Notes: generated by a model from the sequence alone, not told the origin. 64,000 nucleotides of DNA from a virus (IMGVR_UViG_3300027891_000004:64001-128000), one strand, 5' to 3'; positions 1-10,365 are shown, counted from the first letter of the stretch. A program made the numbers and translations.

Positions 1-3000
1 AGGCGTTAATTCAGGCGTTTGTTCCTGTTGCCCCTGTTGTCCTTGCGTCTGCTGTTGCGGCGGCTGTTGTGGGACATTCGGGGTATTCGCCCATTGCTGC
101 ACGTCCTCGCGGGCGGCCAATTCGCGCAGTTTTTCAACACGTTTATCGCCCGTCAAACCTCTGACTGCATCGTTAAATTCACTTATTTTCCCCTCTTTTT
201 GGAAAAATGCTTGAAGGCTGCTCTCCAACTTTTGGCTACCTGCAGTAAACCCTTCCATTATTTCCCTTGCCAACGCTCTCTTGTCGTCGTCCGTAAGCTC
301 TGCCTTGACCTTTTTCTCTGCCTCTGCTTCGGACATACCCTTGCCCATAAGGTCTTTTTTCTGCTGCTCCAAACTAGCGATAAACGCCTGATCGCGGCCA
401 CCTCCTAAAGACGCCGATTGTGCTAGTGTTTTTTTCATTTGTTCCCAGCCCATATTTTCTATGGGTTTTGCCCACGTCGTAGGATCGGTCAGCGCGGCCG
501 CTGCTTTCGCCTGTGCTTCTTCCATCTGCTTCCGGTATTCGACTTCTTTCTTGATATACTCCAACTGCATAGCGAACCGGATCGCCATCATTTGAAGTTC
601 CAATTGGTGTTTCATCTCAACCATTTTCATTTCAAATTGGGCTTGATCTTCGTTCTGCTGTTGTTGGAGCGCGTGTTTTTCCTTCATCGCGGCATCGTCT
701 TCCTGATTCTTTTCGGCGGTGTCCAACGTGGCCTGTCTCTCTTCCATTTTCGTGACAATCCGGTCGAATTTTTCGGCGATTTCAATAAGCTGCAAATCAC
801 GCTGAATGTCGAACGGGGATTTGCCGTATGTGTCCATCGTTACGATTTGACGGTCCAGAACGCGGTCGAGCGTCCGTTGGAACAAATCGCGTTCTCGTTT
901 CCGGTTCGCCAACACGGTCTCGAATGTTCGTATTTCGTTGTTCTTTCGCAACTTGTTGTACTCCACGGCCATATCGACCATTTTCTGGTGCAAATCAAGC
1001 GCGATCTTTTGTTCCAGATCGAACCGGGCCTTTTGGTACTCGGCTTCATGCTCAACGCGGGCCTCGAACATTGATTTTTCCGCTTCCAACCGTACCTCCA
1101 TTTCTCTTTTGGCATCTTCTCCCTGTAGAGCGGCGATACGCATCTGCGAGGCTTCGTACGCGACGAATTCCCGCTTCTGTCTACCGGCCCACTGCGAACC
1201 TCCGGACATATCTTTCCAATCGCCTGCCGACGCCGCGGCTTGCTTGGCCAAATCATGCAATTTATTACGGAATTCTTTCTCTGTGTTAATTTCGAGTTCG
1301 ATGCGCGCCTTTTTGGCGGCCTGCAGCTCTTTTTCTTTATCCGCCAATTCATTGGTCATTCTTATTTCTTCATTTTTCCATTTGTCAAATTCATCAAAAG
1401 CCTTCTTTTGATTTTCACGCGCCTTTTCAACTTGTGCTCGCACTTCCACGTACCGTTTGGCTATCCGTTCCTCGGTTTCCACGTACACGTTTCCTTTTTC
1501 ATCTGCGTACGTATACTTATTCCCTTGTTTAACGGCCCGTTTTTTCACGCCCTCAACGCCGCCCTCCCACACAGCTACAAGTTTCGCATCCATCGAGTTT
1601 GCAAGTTTATCAAACTCATTTTTGAACCTTTCATTCATTTGTTCTACACGTTCTTTAAACGAATCGGGGATTTCCCAATCTCCCGCGAGAATTACGTCAA
1701 GCGCGCCTTCATAGCTTTTGAACAACTCCTCGAATTTTGTCTTGACGGATTCCGCTATTTGATTGTCCCAGTTTTCCAAATCCGACTGTAACTTAGCTGC
1801 CTTTGCCTGGTCAATACCGGGCATCCCAAGAAAACCATGCCCCCAACTTCTTACGGACGCGCTTACCTCGTTGCTATACGTGTGGCCCTGCCCCGAGCGC
1901 AATTTGGGCAACAGATCGCCCTTCAAACTGGCGACGGCCAGACCAACAGCGCCACCGGCTACGGCTCCGATGGCCCCGCCAATAACCGCACCGAGGGGCC
2001 CTGCAGAAAGGCCAACGGCGGCTCCCAATTTAGCGGCAAAAGCAGAACTTGCGACTGCGGCAGTCAAACCTGTGGCAGTGGCCGTAATAATACCTGCCCC
2101 AGCGCCGATCCCCACAGCTCCGGGCATAATACCCGAATCTCCGTGCAACCCCTCACGCCGTGCCGCCTGTTGCTGCTTCCAATGCTCCATTTGTTTTTCA
2201 AACCTTTCGCGTACCTGCTGCACGCCTTTCTGCTTAACCTGGGCATCTTCCTGCGATTTTTTACGACGCTCATCAATATCAAGCAGCCGACGTTGGGCAG
2301 CCAAATCTGCCGCCGTCATCGTGAGGCTATCGGCGGCCATTTTCTCACGATTCCTTGCCCTCAATTTTTCCATATTGAACTCGGCCTGCATAGCGGCCAG
2401 CCGCAGTTGCGATTCTTGTTGGACCGCCAGTATACGCATTTCAGAAAGCTGTTTATTGAGCAGCATTTCTCTTTTATACGCCTCGTTTCTACGCTTTTCC
2501 CATAACGACCAAAAAGACGCGATTCCAGCCGCGATTAGCCCTACCCCCACCAAAATGCCTGTAGTGGCGGCAGAACCGCCAATTTTAGCAAACCGGCCGC
2601 CGCCCGACTCTGCCAGGGCTACATTGGCTGCATTTTGCGTCCCTACTCGTTGCGCTCCCGTCTGGAAAGCGTCCTTCGCCGCCTGCGGAGCCTTAGACTG
2701 CGCGAGCACGCTATCCGTATATTTTTTTATATCTTTAGTGTACAAATCCCCCACGATTTTCGTCAAATCGCCGCCCCTCTCGGCAACGATCTTTTTCCCC
2801 TGCGCAAGCGCCGACTGCATTGCCTTTTCGGACGCCGCCTTAAATTGGGTCATATTCACGCCAGCATCTTTGGCAAGCCCGGCAAGACCTGCTATGCCTT
2901 TCTTAGCGTTTCCAAACGCGAGAATGGTATCCAAAGATTTACCGGCGTTCGTCATGGTAGTCATAACGTTCTTCATACCCATCAGGCCCGCGCTTGCCTG

Positions 3001-4794
3001 ATCGACAATTTTTAGAAAACCATCGGGAATAGGAACGCCGAACGCTCGCATATCGCGCATCGTTTGGTTCACCTTGCCCAACGCGCCGTGCAGACGTTCG
3101 ATAGAGCCAACGGCGGATTTGAATTTAGTGATTTCCGTATGCAGTTTTTGGAAATCGCCCCGGATCGAAACGGCCTGTTGCCCCAACTCCTTTTGCTTCT
3201 GGATCAGCGCATCGAACTGTTTGACCTCCTCCGGCGTAATAATGCCCAAAGATTCCTTCTGTTCCATCTTCTTGATTTCATCCCCTATATCTTTGGCTTT
3301 TTCCCTTACCTCATCCATTGAAGACGACAATTCAACGAACTTTTCCTGCATAGCGATAACGGTAGCCGGGTCCAACGTCCGGGAAGGATCGATACCCGCT
3401 ATAGCGCCATCAACTTCCCCCAAAGCATCCGCAACGCCGTCCAACTGACTCTGTATACCATCCGTATCCAACGACAAACGAAGATCGCCGCTGGTTAGCG
3501 CATCAATCTGTTCTTTCGTCATTTTCGCGCCGGTGCCCAATTGCCGGGTAACATCGAGTATTTCCAACAGCGAGGTAGGGGGCGCACCGTCTGATTTAGA
3601 GATAGCCTGTATAGTGGCAATCGCGTCGCCCATATCGAACGCGATGTCGCGGGCCACCCGTTGCGATTCCTCGCCGACCTCAACAATATGCTTTTTCAAA
3701 TTCTCGTATACACCTGCAGTATCAATATCGGAGACGGACACGCCCGCCTTGTTTGCGCTCTCCTCAAACTTAGCCATCGCCGCGTTGACAGTATCAATTC
3801 CCGCCTTCCCATTCTGAAAATCGGCCAGCGCAGCGTTAAGCATCTGGAACGCCGTCGATACCTGTTTGCCACTTTTGGGGATCGCCTTAATCGCCTCGTC
3901 CATTTTCCCGGCTTCGGCGGCGTACTGAGTAAATTCGGACACGGGCAATTTCATGCCGCCGAGTTCTTCCAGTTTCTTCCGGTACTTTTCAACTTTTTCA
4001 ATGTCCGCGTCGCTAACAAGAGCACCCGTCGATTGGATGTCTTTGAACGATTGTTGCAATTGTGGCGGGAGTTCCAATTTTTCCAATTTGCCGCCGATAG
4101 TTTCGACGTACTTGGCGAACGTTTGGGTGGATATACTACCCTGATCTAATTTCTCTTTTGCCCCGTCCAAGATGGTCAGCAGGCGTTCGGCTTCCGCCTT
4201 ATCGCCGAAATCCAATTCAAAACCCTGCAAAGCGTCTTTTGCCGTCTTGAACTTTTGCTCGAATTCAGTCAAATTAGACTTGGCGTTCGAGAGCATCTTT
4301 TCAATCTCGGCGTCGGCCTCTTTCAACTTCTCCGTCAGCCCGCTGGAAGAGATCGCCGTGTTCATACGGCTAAACAACGAACTGACAAGCGTAGTCATCG
4401 ATTCGGCGACTTTTCCGGCCTGCTCCGTCATACCGTTATTCATAAGGAGCATGAACTGTTCGATCTGGCCCTTAATCGCGCCGGTATCCGTCTTGAACTG
4501 CATCGAGAGCGCAGGCTGCGATTTGAGTATCTTGTCGAACATGTTCATCGCCTTCGTAGCAAACGCGGCCAGTTCGCGTTCGTCTACCTTAGAATCCTTC
4601 GTGAAAAGCTGCAACGATTCCTTTTCATTAAAGAATTTCTGGACCTGCGCCACTGTCCTTTTCAAGTCTTTATCGTCCGTAGAGAAACCTACCTTGATAT
4701 TAGAGGCGGCGGTGGCGAGCGCGTTTGTTAGCTGTTTAACCGCGTCTTGAAAAAGCAACTTAACCTGCACATCTACTTCGGGCGTCTTTGGCAT
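1..4794 (-). CDS. Tail tape measure protein, 5' part (runs off the window, about 1600 aa or more)
   Basis: Not in the ORF track. ATG at 4794 gives MPKTPEVDVQVKLLFQDAVKQL, and the frame is still open at base 1 (checked at the ends; the middle is inferred from the long antisense shadow ORFs). Ala/Lys/Glu-rich helical sequence with Gly/Ala/Ile hydrophobic stretches around 2000-2600; near a tail chaperone-like gene. Confidence 0.85.
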   Translation of the reverse strand, partial: MPKTPEVDVQVKLLFQDAVKQLTNALATAASNIKVGFSTDDKDLKRTVAQVQKFFNEKESLQLFTKDSKVDERELAAFATKAMNMFDKILKSQPALSMQFKTDTGAIKGQIEQFMLLMNNGMTEQAGKVAESMTTLVSSLFSRMNTAISSSGLTEKLKEADAEIEKMLSNAKSNLTEFEQKFKTAKDALQGFELDFGDKAEAERLLTILDGAKEKLDQGSISTQTFAKYVETIGGKLEKLELPPQLQQSFKDIQSTGALVSDADIEKVEKYRKKLEELGGMKLPVSEFTQYAAEAGKMDEAIKAIPKSGKQVSTAFQMLNAALADFQNGKAGIDTVNAAMAKFEESANKAGVSVSDIDTAGVYENLKKHIVEVGEESQRVARDIAFDMGDAIATIQAISKSDGAPPTSLLEILDVTRQLGTGAKMTKEQIDALTSGDLRLSLDTDGIQSQLDGVADALGEVDGAIAGIDPSRTLDPATVIAMQEKFVELSSSMDEVREKAKDIGDEIKKMEQKESLGIITPEEVKQFDALIQKQKELGQQAVSIRGDFQKLHTEITKFKSAVGSIERLHGALGKVNQTMRDMRAFGVPIPDGFLKIVDQASAGLMGMKNVMTTMTNAGKSLDTILAFGNAKKGIAGLAGLAKDAGVNMTQFKAASEKAMQSALAQGKKIVAERGGDLTKIVGDLYTKDIKKYTDSVLAQSKAPQAAKDAFQTGAQRVGTQNAANVALAESGGGRFAKIGGSAATTGILVGVGLIAAGIASFWSLWEKRRNEAYKREMLLNKQLSEMRILAVQQESQLRLAAMQAEFNMEKLRARNREKMAADSLTMTAADLAAQRRLLDIDERRKKSQEDAQVKQKGVQQVRERFEKQMEHWKQQQAARREGLHGDSGIMPGAVGIGAGAGIITATATGLTAAVASSAFAAKLGAAVGLSAGPLGAVIGGAIGAVAGGAVGLAVASLKGDLLPKLRSGQGHTYSNEVSASVRSWGHGFLGMPGIDQAKAAKLQSDLENWDNQIAESVKTKFEELFKSYEGALDVILAGDWEIPDSFKERVEQMNERFKNEFDKLANSMDAKLVAVWEGGVEGVKKRAVKQGNKYTYADEKGNVYVETEERIAKRYVEVRAQVEKARENQKKAFDEFDKWKNEEIRMTNELADKEKELQAAKKARIELEINTEKEFRNKLHDLAKQAAASAGDWKDMSGGSQWAGRQKREFVAYEASQMRIAALQGEDAKREMEVRLEAEKSMFEARVEHEAEYQKARFDLEQKIALDLHQKMVDMAVEYNKLRKNNEIRTFETVLANRKRERDLFQRTLDRVLDRQIVTMDTYGKSPFDIQRDLQLIEIAEKFDRIVTKMEERQATLDTAEKNQEDDAAMKEKHALQQQQNEDQAQFEMKMVEMKHQLELQMMAIRFAMQLEYIKKEVEYRKQMEEAQAKAAAALTDPTTWAKPIENMGWEQMKKTLAQSASLGGGRDQAFIASLEQQKKDLMGKGMSEAEAEKKVKAELTDDDKRALAREIMEGFTAGSQKLESSLQAFFQKEGKISEFNDAVRGLTGDKRVEKLRELAAREDVQQWANTPNVPQQPPQQQTQGQQGQQEQTPELTP

Positions 4795-5030
4795 CGTAAT
4801 TCAAAGCGTAAGGGGGCGCTCACCTTCCCAAAACAATCAAGAGTTTTCCGAAAATGCGGAAAACATAAATTTGCATGTAGTATAGCCTAAAACCCTCAAA
4901 AAACAACCACCGGAATTACCAAATATACGGTTTATACGACCACGACGTTTCATTCTTACAATTCGTTTTAAAACAGACGATACAACGCGGTGTCTGCCCG
5001 TTTTAATCAAGCGTACAAAATAATAGAAAC

Positions 5031-6197
5031 ATGCCCACGCAAAAGAAACAAAAAATGACGCCAGAAAACGATTTCCGTGAAATACTCCAAGAGACATTCC
5101 AAAAAATTGCACACGCGGCCACAGAAAATGAAAAACACTTAAAAAAACAAGAGACCAACAGCAGCATGACCGAGACGGAAACGATCTCTATACTGATCGA
5201 GCCGCTTATTACCATACTGGGGTACGACAAGAACGATCTTCGGGAAATCAGACAAGAATACACAGCAAAAAAGCAAACAACAAAAGGGAACAAAAGAGTA
5301 GACATTGCGATTCTCCAACGGCAGGATGGGAAAGCAATAATGGTCTGGGAATGCAAGGCAAGAAGAGTGCCGCTCGGCAACTCAGGGGTTTCGCAGCTTA
5401 GGGGATACTTTAAAACTCATAGGGCTGCCATTGGCGTTCTTACAAACGGCATCCACTACCAGTTCTACACAAACATCGACAACCCCGAAAGTAACGAAAT
5501 GGACAACGAACCTTTTCTGGAATACAACACAGGCAATAGTCTACCTCCCAATCAACTTGATGTTTTTGAGTACCTTAGAAAAGACAAGTTTAATCTGAAA
5601 CAAATACACGAAATAGGAAAAGAACAAAAGGACATCAACAGGATCAAACGGGTACTATACAGCCTTTTTTTGGAAACAGGCCCAGACGAATTTTACCAAA
5701 TAACAGCGGCAATGGCCAAACTCGGGAAAGGACTCGCCGAATCAAAACAGATTATCAAATCCGCCTTCATACGCATGGTAGAAGACGGCGTAATCCCAGC
5801 CGAAAGCACAGGAATTTTATACAAGGAAAAATTCGACGAATGGAAAACCAGTTTGTCAGAAACGACCGTGAAACTTTTTGAAAAATTAGAAAAGTACGTG
5901 TTAAGTCTCGAAAATGTCAAAACAAACCTTTCAAGTGCGTACAAAAGCTACGCGGCCCGCAAACAATTCATGCAAATGATGTACTGCGGCGGAAGAAAGA
6001 AACTAAGAATTCTACTGCTGGGATTGAACGTAGAAGAAATGGGAAAAGCCAAAAAATCATTGGAAAACACAGAGATACAATATCACGGCAAAGAACTTAG
6101 ACTCTTTATAGAGAACGAGGACAATTTGGAGAGAGCCAAACCGATTATTGAAAGAGCATACGAAAAAGCATACGAAAAAACGACAAAAAGAAAATAG
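5031..6197 (+). CDS. Solitary type I restriction enzyme R N-terminal (HsdR_N, PD-(D/E)xK) nuclease with DUF5655-like C-terminus; likely start 5055
   Basis: Motifs ETISILIEPLITILGYD, RVDIAI...WECK, QLRGYF, GVLTNGIHYQFY, MDNEPFL; C-terminal LFEKLEKYVLSL...AKPIIERAYE. A-rich and opposite in strand to its neighbours. Confidence 0.8.
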   Translation: MPTQKKQKMTPENDFREILQETFQKIAHAATENEKHLKKQETNSSMTETETISILIEPLITILGYDKNDLREIRQEYTAKKQTTKGNKRVDIAILQRQDGKAIMVWECKARRVPLGNSGVSQLRGYFKTHRAAIGVLTNGIHYQFYTNIDNPESNEMDNEPFLEYNTGNSLPPNQLDVFEYLRKDKFNLKQIHEIGKEQKDINRIKRVLYSLFLETGPDEFYQITAAMAKLGKGLAESKQIIKSAFIRMVEDGVIPAESTGILYKEKFDEWKTSLSETTVKLFEKLEKYVLSLENVKTNLSSAYKSYAARKQFMQMMYCGGRKKLRILLLGLNVEEMGKAKKSLENTEIQYHGKELRLFIENEDNLERAKPIIERAYEKAYEKTTKRK

Positions 6198-6203
6198 CGC
6201 CAA

Positions 6204-6231
6204 CAATTCCCGGCCACGTGGCCGGGAATTG
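6204..6231. repeat. Perfect 28-bp palindrome, variant of the dispersed CCGCCACGTGGCGG family; probable bidirectional terminator
   Basis: CAATTCCCGGCCACGTGGCCGGGAATTG between convergent stop codons. Confidence 0.8.
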
Positions 6232-6250
6232 CAATTTCTGCTCGTTTCTC

Positions 6251-6925
6251 TTAGCCGTCGAGCGAGGCAATAAAATCTTTAATTTCGTTGACCTTCGCCT
6301 CAAACGCATCCCGGTACTTTGGGTCTACTTTCACGTCCGGGCGGTTCATGTGCATCCGCCCTATAGTGATCCATTGTTGTATCCCTTCGATATTTTGCTT
6401 AAACGACGCATCCATTTTATTCAAAAAGCGTTCTTTTTCCGCCAACTTATCTCCCCATTTGGAAGGATCGGATTTCGCAAAATCGCCCAAAAACTTTTTT
6501 GAAGTAGCGTCAATATCTTTCCACTTCAAATCCGAACGCAAATCTCGCAAATCCCTTGTCATCACATCTAAAACAGAGCCAGGAGTACGCGGCCCAGTCA
6601 ACGTGCTCATATCCGTATACCCGCTGCTCGGATCGTATACGTACTTGATTTCGTTGAACGCGGCCTGGCTCGACCCGGCCGGACGCGATTGCCCGCCGGT
6701 GTTACGCTCGAAAACGCTAAGATCGGCCACCCCGTCGCTACTGTAGTATTCCCTATCGCTCATATCATCCTCATCTTCTTTAACTTCATAAGTGTCGGCT
6801 ACGAGTGCCCTATAGTTCTTCCAATCTTCCCACGTAACGCCGTTCCACAAGGCAACAAGGAAAAAGTAGCCCAGAATCAAAACTGGCGTTAGCACAACAC
6901 CGATTATAACAAAAGGTATAAACAT
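6251..6925 (-). CDS. Leader-family protein with internal leader behind an N-terminal hydrophobic segment (alternative start 6763)
   Basis: Internal VADLSVFERNTGG...SQAAFN matches the family leader. Confidence 0.6.
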   Translation of the reverse strand: MFIPFVIIGVVLTPVLILGYFFLVALWNGVTWEDWKNYRALVADTYEVKEDEDDMSDREYYSSDGVADLSVFERNTGGQSRPAGSSQAAFNEIKYVYDPSSGYTDMSTLTGPRTPGSVLDVMTRDLRDLRSDLKWKDIDATSKKFLGDFAKSDPSKWGDKLAEKERFLNKMDASFKQNIEGIQQWITIGRMHMNRPDVKVDPKYRDAFEAKVNEIKDFIASLDG

Positions 6926-6982
6926 AGCAACATAGTCGGGTGAAAAAGTGTGGGAAAAACGGAAAATAGTCGCCGCTAAAGG

Positions 6983-7633
6983 TTAAATCGAAGCCGGAGA
7001 TTCATTGATTTTTTTGAGTTCTTCGACGCTCTGTTCCATCCGGTCCAAAGCGTTCATTGCTTCTTGGGCCATCGCGGACGAGCCGCCAGCCACTTTTTCT
7101 TTAATGTCTTCTCGCAACAGGTCGGCCATTACTTCGTCGGGTTCGCCGTCCGCGTTTACCGGGGTATTGATTTCTACAATTTTTTCGATGAGCGTATCTA
7201 CATCGGGCTGTATCTCGCCTGTATTGGTAAGCGAGAGCATCTTTCCTAGCAGGTCCATACCTTCCACGTTCACAAAACCTTCGGGGAACAGCATATCACG
7301 GAATTGCTCGAACGTGAACGGCGGATTTTGGATCATCTGATACATCAGACGGGACATCCCGTAGGCACTCCCAAAAAGGATGTCACGCCCGTCCCCGTAT
7401 TGGAACGTTAGTTTTGCACAATAGGCCAGCGCCGCCATAAGCAACTCCTGCTTTTCAACCGCGTTCATACCGTCGGTAGCGAGCGTTACGTTCTTCATAT
7501 ACTGTTGCCGTACCCAAACGTCGAGTTCTTCGTAATCCTTCGCCGTTATATGCTTGAGGATAACGGGGGTCCCGTTCGGCAATGTGAACGGATGTGCAAC
7601 GGTACGCGGGTCAACTTGTTTTTCTTCTGACAT
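6983..7633 (-). CDS. Putative tail assembly chaperone (paralog of 12815..13576)
   Basis: Upstream of the tape measure. Aligns with 12815 (DYEELDVWVRQQY/DLIDFNTWLKYKY; LTFQYGDG/FDFQVGIG; LFPEG/FFPNG). Confidence 0.5.
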   Translation of the reverse strand: MSEEKQVDPRTVAHPFTLPNGTPVILKHITAKDYEELDVWVRQQYMKNVTLATDGMNAVEKQELLMAALAYCAKLTFQYGDGRDILFGSAYGMSRLMYQMIQNPPFTFEQFRDMLFPEGFVNVEGMDLLGKMLSLTNTGEIQPDVDTLIEKIVEINTPVNADGEPDEVMADLLREDIKEKVAGGSSAMAQEAMNALDRMEQSVEELKKINESPASI

Positions 7634-7692
7634 CGTGATAGTTATTGCTAAGGGCTATCGGGGCGACGGTTCCAAATATGGCTGCCATCCTC

Positions 7693-8058
7693 TTAATCTT
7701 TTCCTAAACTGTCATTATCATCCTGGATAATATCGGTTTTAATGTTGTGGATTGCCGTTCTGCCTTCCGGAGCGCATCGAGAACTGAACGCCTGTACAAT
7801 TTCTAAGCGAATGTAGCGGTATGGGCACATCTGTTCCGCTTCAAGTTCCGGCGGCATCAAAACATTTTCAACGTTGAATGCGGCTATGCGGTCGTTGTGT
7901 TTCACAAAATTGCGTATCGTTACCTGCAATTCGTCGATAACCAATTTGTCGCCCCGGACAAACATTTCAACAAACTCATCTATTGACCGGACATCCCAAA
8001 TCGTACAACCGGGTAGCGTCCAACCTCTGGGCGGCCTTATTGTTATTTTAATTTTCAT
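7693..8058 (-). CDS. Hypothetical protein, partner of leader gene 8055
   Basis: 4-bp ATGA overlap with the upstream leader gene. Confidence 0.6.
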   Translation of the reverse strand: MKIKITIRPPRGWTLPGCTIWDVRSIDEFVEMFVRGDKLVIDELQVTIRNFVKHNDRIAAFNVENVLMPPELEAEQMCPYRYIRLEIVQAFSSRCAPEGRTAIHNIKTDIIQDDNDSLGKD

Positions 8059-8462
8059 TGTGATCCGCCATATTTTTCTTTAAAATAATCATCGTATTGG
8101 ACAATATCTGATATTGTATAAACGCCCAATTCCATTAGCTCTTTTTTTCTATCTGCGTAATCATCTTTCCGTTTATCAATCATCGACATCATCGCCTTAT
8201 TAAGGTGCTGTTGAATTCTATCGCCGTCAGTTGGCATCCTTAAACGCCGCGATTCTTCGATAACTTCCTCTTCTAGCCCTAGAATAATATCTTTTTGTTT
8301 TTCCGCATCCCATTCGTTCCACGGTTGTGGTTTGCCTATAAACTCAGCATTATCAACCGTTGCGCCTTCGGTCGTGTTTTCCTCTTGAAACGCTGACATA
8401 TTGCCGCTACCACCGGCTTTGCCCGTTTCAAGCAATTCATTGAAACTACTCGCTACTCTCAT
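8055..8462 (-). CDS. Leader-family protein (MRVxxSFNELL subtype)
   Basis: MRVASSFNELLETGKAGGSGNMSAFQ; 22/26 identical to the 8870 leader, unrelated cargo. Confidence 0.8.
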   Translation of the reverse strand: MRVASSFNELLETGKAGGSGNMSAFQEENTTEGATVDNAEFIGKPQPWNEWDAEKQKDIILGLEEEVIEESRRLRMPTDGDRIQQHLNKAMMSMIDKRKDDYADRKKELMELGVYTISDIVQYDDYFKEKYGGSQ

Positions 8463-8533
8463 TTTATGTTTCATTCAAAAAAGTAACAAACGCAAACATC
8501 CGTAGTATGCCTGTTCCTATTATTTATCTGTTG

Positions 8534-8851
8534 CTAAGGGTTATCGGGGCGACGGTTCCAAATATGGCTCACGTACTGCAACACGTTTTTAATCGAAACT
8601 TCATTATCTGCAGCACAATCGTGGTATGTCCGTAACAAACAAGGAAAACAAGCAACGTGGAAGTAATGGGGGTCTGCGTTAGACGGCGTATAGCTGTAAA
8701 CAACATACACATCTGTTTTTCCGCATTTAGGACATGGCAGCAATTCGCTCTCTGTCTGTCGGATTAAACGCTTTAATTCATAAGCATCCTCCAAATCGTC
8801 CAAAGAGTATCGCAATTTTTCAGGAATATTTTGTTTTATTGTCGTTTTCAT
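8534..8851 (-). CDS. Lar-like (restriction alleviation) zinc-finger protein
   Basis: LLPCPKCG...VACFPC...WNRRP, the Lar_restr_allev family signature. Confidence 0.7.
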   Translation of the reverse strand: MKTTIKQNIPEKLRYSLDDLEDAYELKRLIRQTESELLPCPKCGKTDVYVVYSYTPSNADPHYFHVACFPCLLRTYHDCAADNEVSIKNVLQYVSHIWNRRPDNP

Positions 8852-8869
8852 GTTTTTCTAACAACAGTG

Positions 8870-9199
8870 CTATTCAAACCAGCCGTGCCCGTATTTCCAT
8901 TTGCCAAAACCATGCGTATTCTTAAATTGATCCGCCTGTTCTCTTGTAATTGACCGATAGCCTTCAAGAAAAAACGGATTGCCTTCAGAACCCGGTTCTG
9001 TTACAACAATGTCATACCCATCTCTATCCTGCGCAATATACAGCGAAATATCATAAAAAGATACGGGAGATAAATCCTCAACGGGCTTTTCTCCGGTCGG
9101 CATATTCTCCACTGAAACAGATTGAAACGCTGACATATTGCAGCTGCCACCGGCATTGCCCGTTTCAAGCAATTCATTGAAACTACCCACTACTCGCAT
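8870..9199 (-). CDS. Leader-family protein (MRV subtype), cargo type A
   Basis: Leader ...MSAFQSVSVEN; cargo homologous to 18525 (FKNTHGFGKW vs FKNTHKFDKW). Confidence 0.8.
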   Translation of the reverse strand: MRVVGSFNELLETGNAGGSCNMSAFQSVSVENMPTGEKPVEDLSPVSFYDISLYIAQDRDGYDIVVTEPGSEGNPFFLEGYRSITREQADQFKNTHGFGKWKYGHGWFE

Positions 9200-9255
9200 A
9201 ATATGTCCCTTTCAAAAAGAGTAACAAACGCAAACGTCTACGGTATGCCGGATTT

Positions 9256-10365
9256 TCATTCATTTCCCGCCTTGAAATTATACAACGGTTTTATTATTTT
9301 GACAACTTCCATCGTATCGCGGCTGTTCTCGATAATCTCGTTCATCGGCTTGTACGCCTGCGGTGCCTCGTCAATAGTCGCCCGGTTCACGGTGGACGAA
9401 CAGATTCCTTTCATCGATTTCTCGTATTCGATTAGCGTGATCTTTTCCTTCGCCTCTTTGCGGCTCATTACACGCCCGGCACCGTGCGGAGCCGAAAAGT
9501 TCCAATTGGCGTTCCCCTTCCCTACGCAAAGGAGGCTACCGTCCCGCATATTCATAGGCACCAATATACAGTCGCCGCTTCGGGCCGATACCGCACCTTT
9601 TCGTAAGATCATCGCATCCAAATCAATGTAATTGTGTACGACGGAAAACGTATCGACGATCTTGAACTTCGCCTGTTTTGATATGTCGCGGGCAATGGCC
9701 CGTCGGTTTAAGTCGGCGTATTGTTGGACGATGCCCATATCATGTAAATAATCGGACATCGGGGAGCCTTCCAAGTAGGCCAGTGCCCTATCGTCGCCTT
9801 CCTTTGTCCGACCCAACGTGTCGGCGGCCACGTTCTGATAATAGTCGCAAACCTGTTTGCCCAGATTGCGACTTCCGGAATGGACAATCAAATAGAGCTG
9901 TCCGTCATCGTCTTGCCCCAATTCAATAAAATGGTTCCCTCCGCCGAGCGTGCCCATTGAATGGGACGCACGGTGTAAATCGACGTGTTTTACGCATTTC
10001 AATTCAAATAAATCAATATCCTCGTTGAAATGATGCGGATCGTGTCGGGTGTTAAAACCAGCGGGTATGTTTTTTATAATCGCCTTGTCGAGTTGGTTTG
10101 GATCGACCCGTTTCTCCTTTATCAACGCGACGAACATCCCGCAACAACCGTCCGTCCCCACTAAATTGGGGACAATCTTATCCGTAATCGTCATGGTCAT
10201 TCCGACCGTACCGACCTGCCCGCTGTGGACATCGGGCATTACGCGGATTTGGCTTCCTTCGACAAATGGCTGGTTCAGGATATGCCGAATCTGCGCAATT
10301 GCGCCGGGTTCGGTGGTATCCGTGAATATCTTTGCCGTATTGTATGTTCCTTGTAATTCAATCAT
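9256..10365 (-). CDS. rtcB: RtcB-family RNA 3'-phosphate/5'-OH ligase
   Basis: MPDVHSG, VGTDGCCGM, GTLGGGNHFIE, VHSGSRNLG, HNYID, RKGA, SAPHGAGRVMSR, DEAPQAYK. Confidence 0.95.
   Translation of the reverse strand: MIELQGTYNTAKIFTDTTEPGAIAQIRHILNQPFVEGSQIRVMPDVHSGQVGTVGMTMTITDKIVPNLVGTDGCCGMFVALIKEKRVDPNQLDKAIIKNIPAGFNTRHDPHHFNEDIDLFELKCVKHVDLHRASHSMGTLGGGNHFIELGQDDDGQLYLIVHSGSRNLGKQVCDYYQNVAADTLGRTKEGDDRALAYLEGSPMSDYLHDMGIVQQYADLNRRAIARDISKQAKFKIVDTFSVVHNYIDLDAMILRKGAVSARSGDCILVPMNMRDGSLLCVGKGNANWNFSAPHGAGRVMSRKEAKEKITLIEYEKSMKGICSSTVNRATIDEAPQAYKPMNEIIENSRDTMEVVKIIKPLYNFKAGNE

Larger units (their letters stand above)
7645..8569. repeat. 39-bp direct repeat (7645..7683 and 8531..8569, 1 mismatch) flanking a two-gene cassette
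   Basis: TTGCTAAGGG(C/T)TATCGGGGCGACGGTTCCAAATATGGCT; corresponds to the 3' end of the Lar-like gene. Confidence 0.9.

Noticed and set aside
19-4750. Many long plus-strand ORFs (for example 1763..3001, 412 aa)
   Set aside because: Antisense shadows of the tape measure gene. The same applies to 46706..47851, 38891..39955 and similar ORFs opposite real genes.
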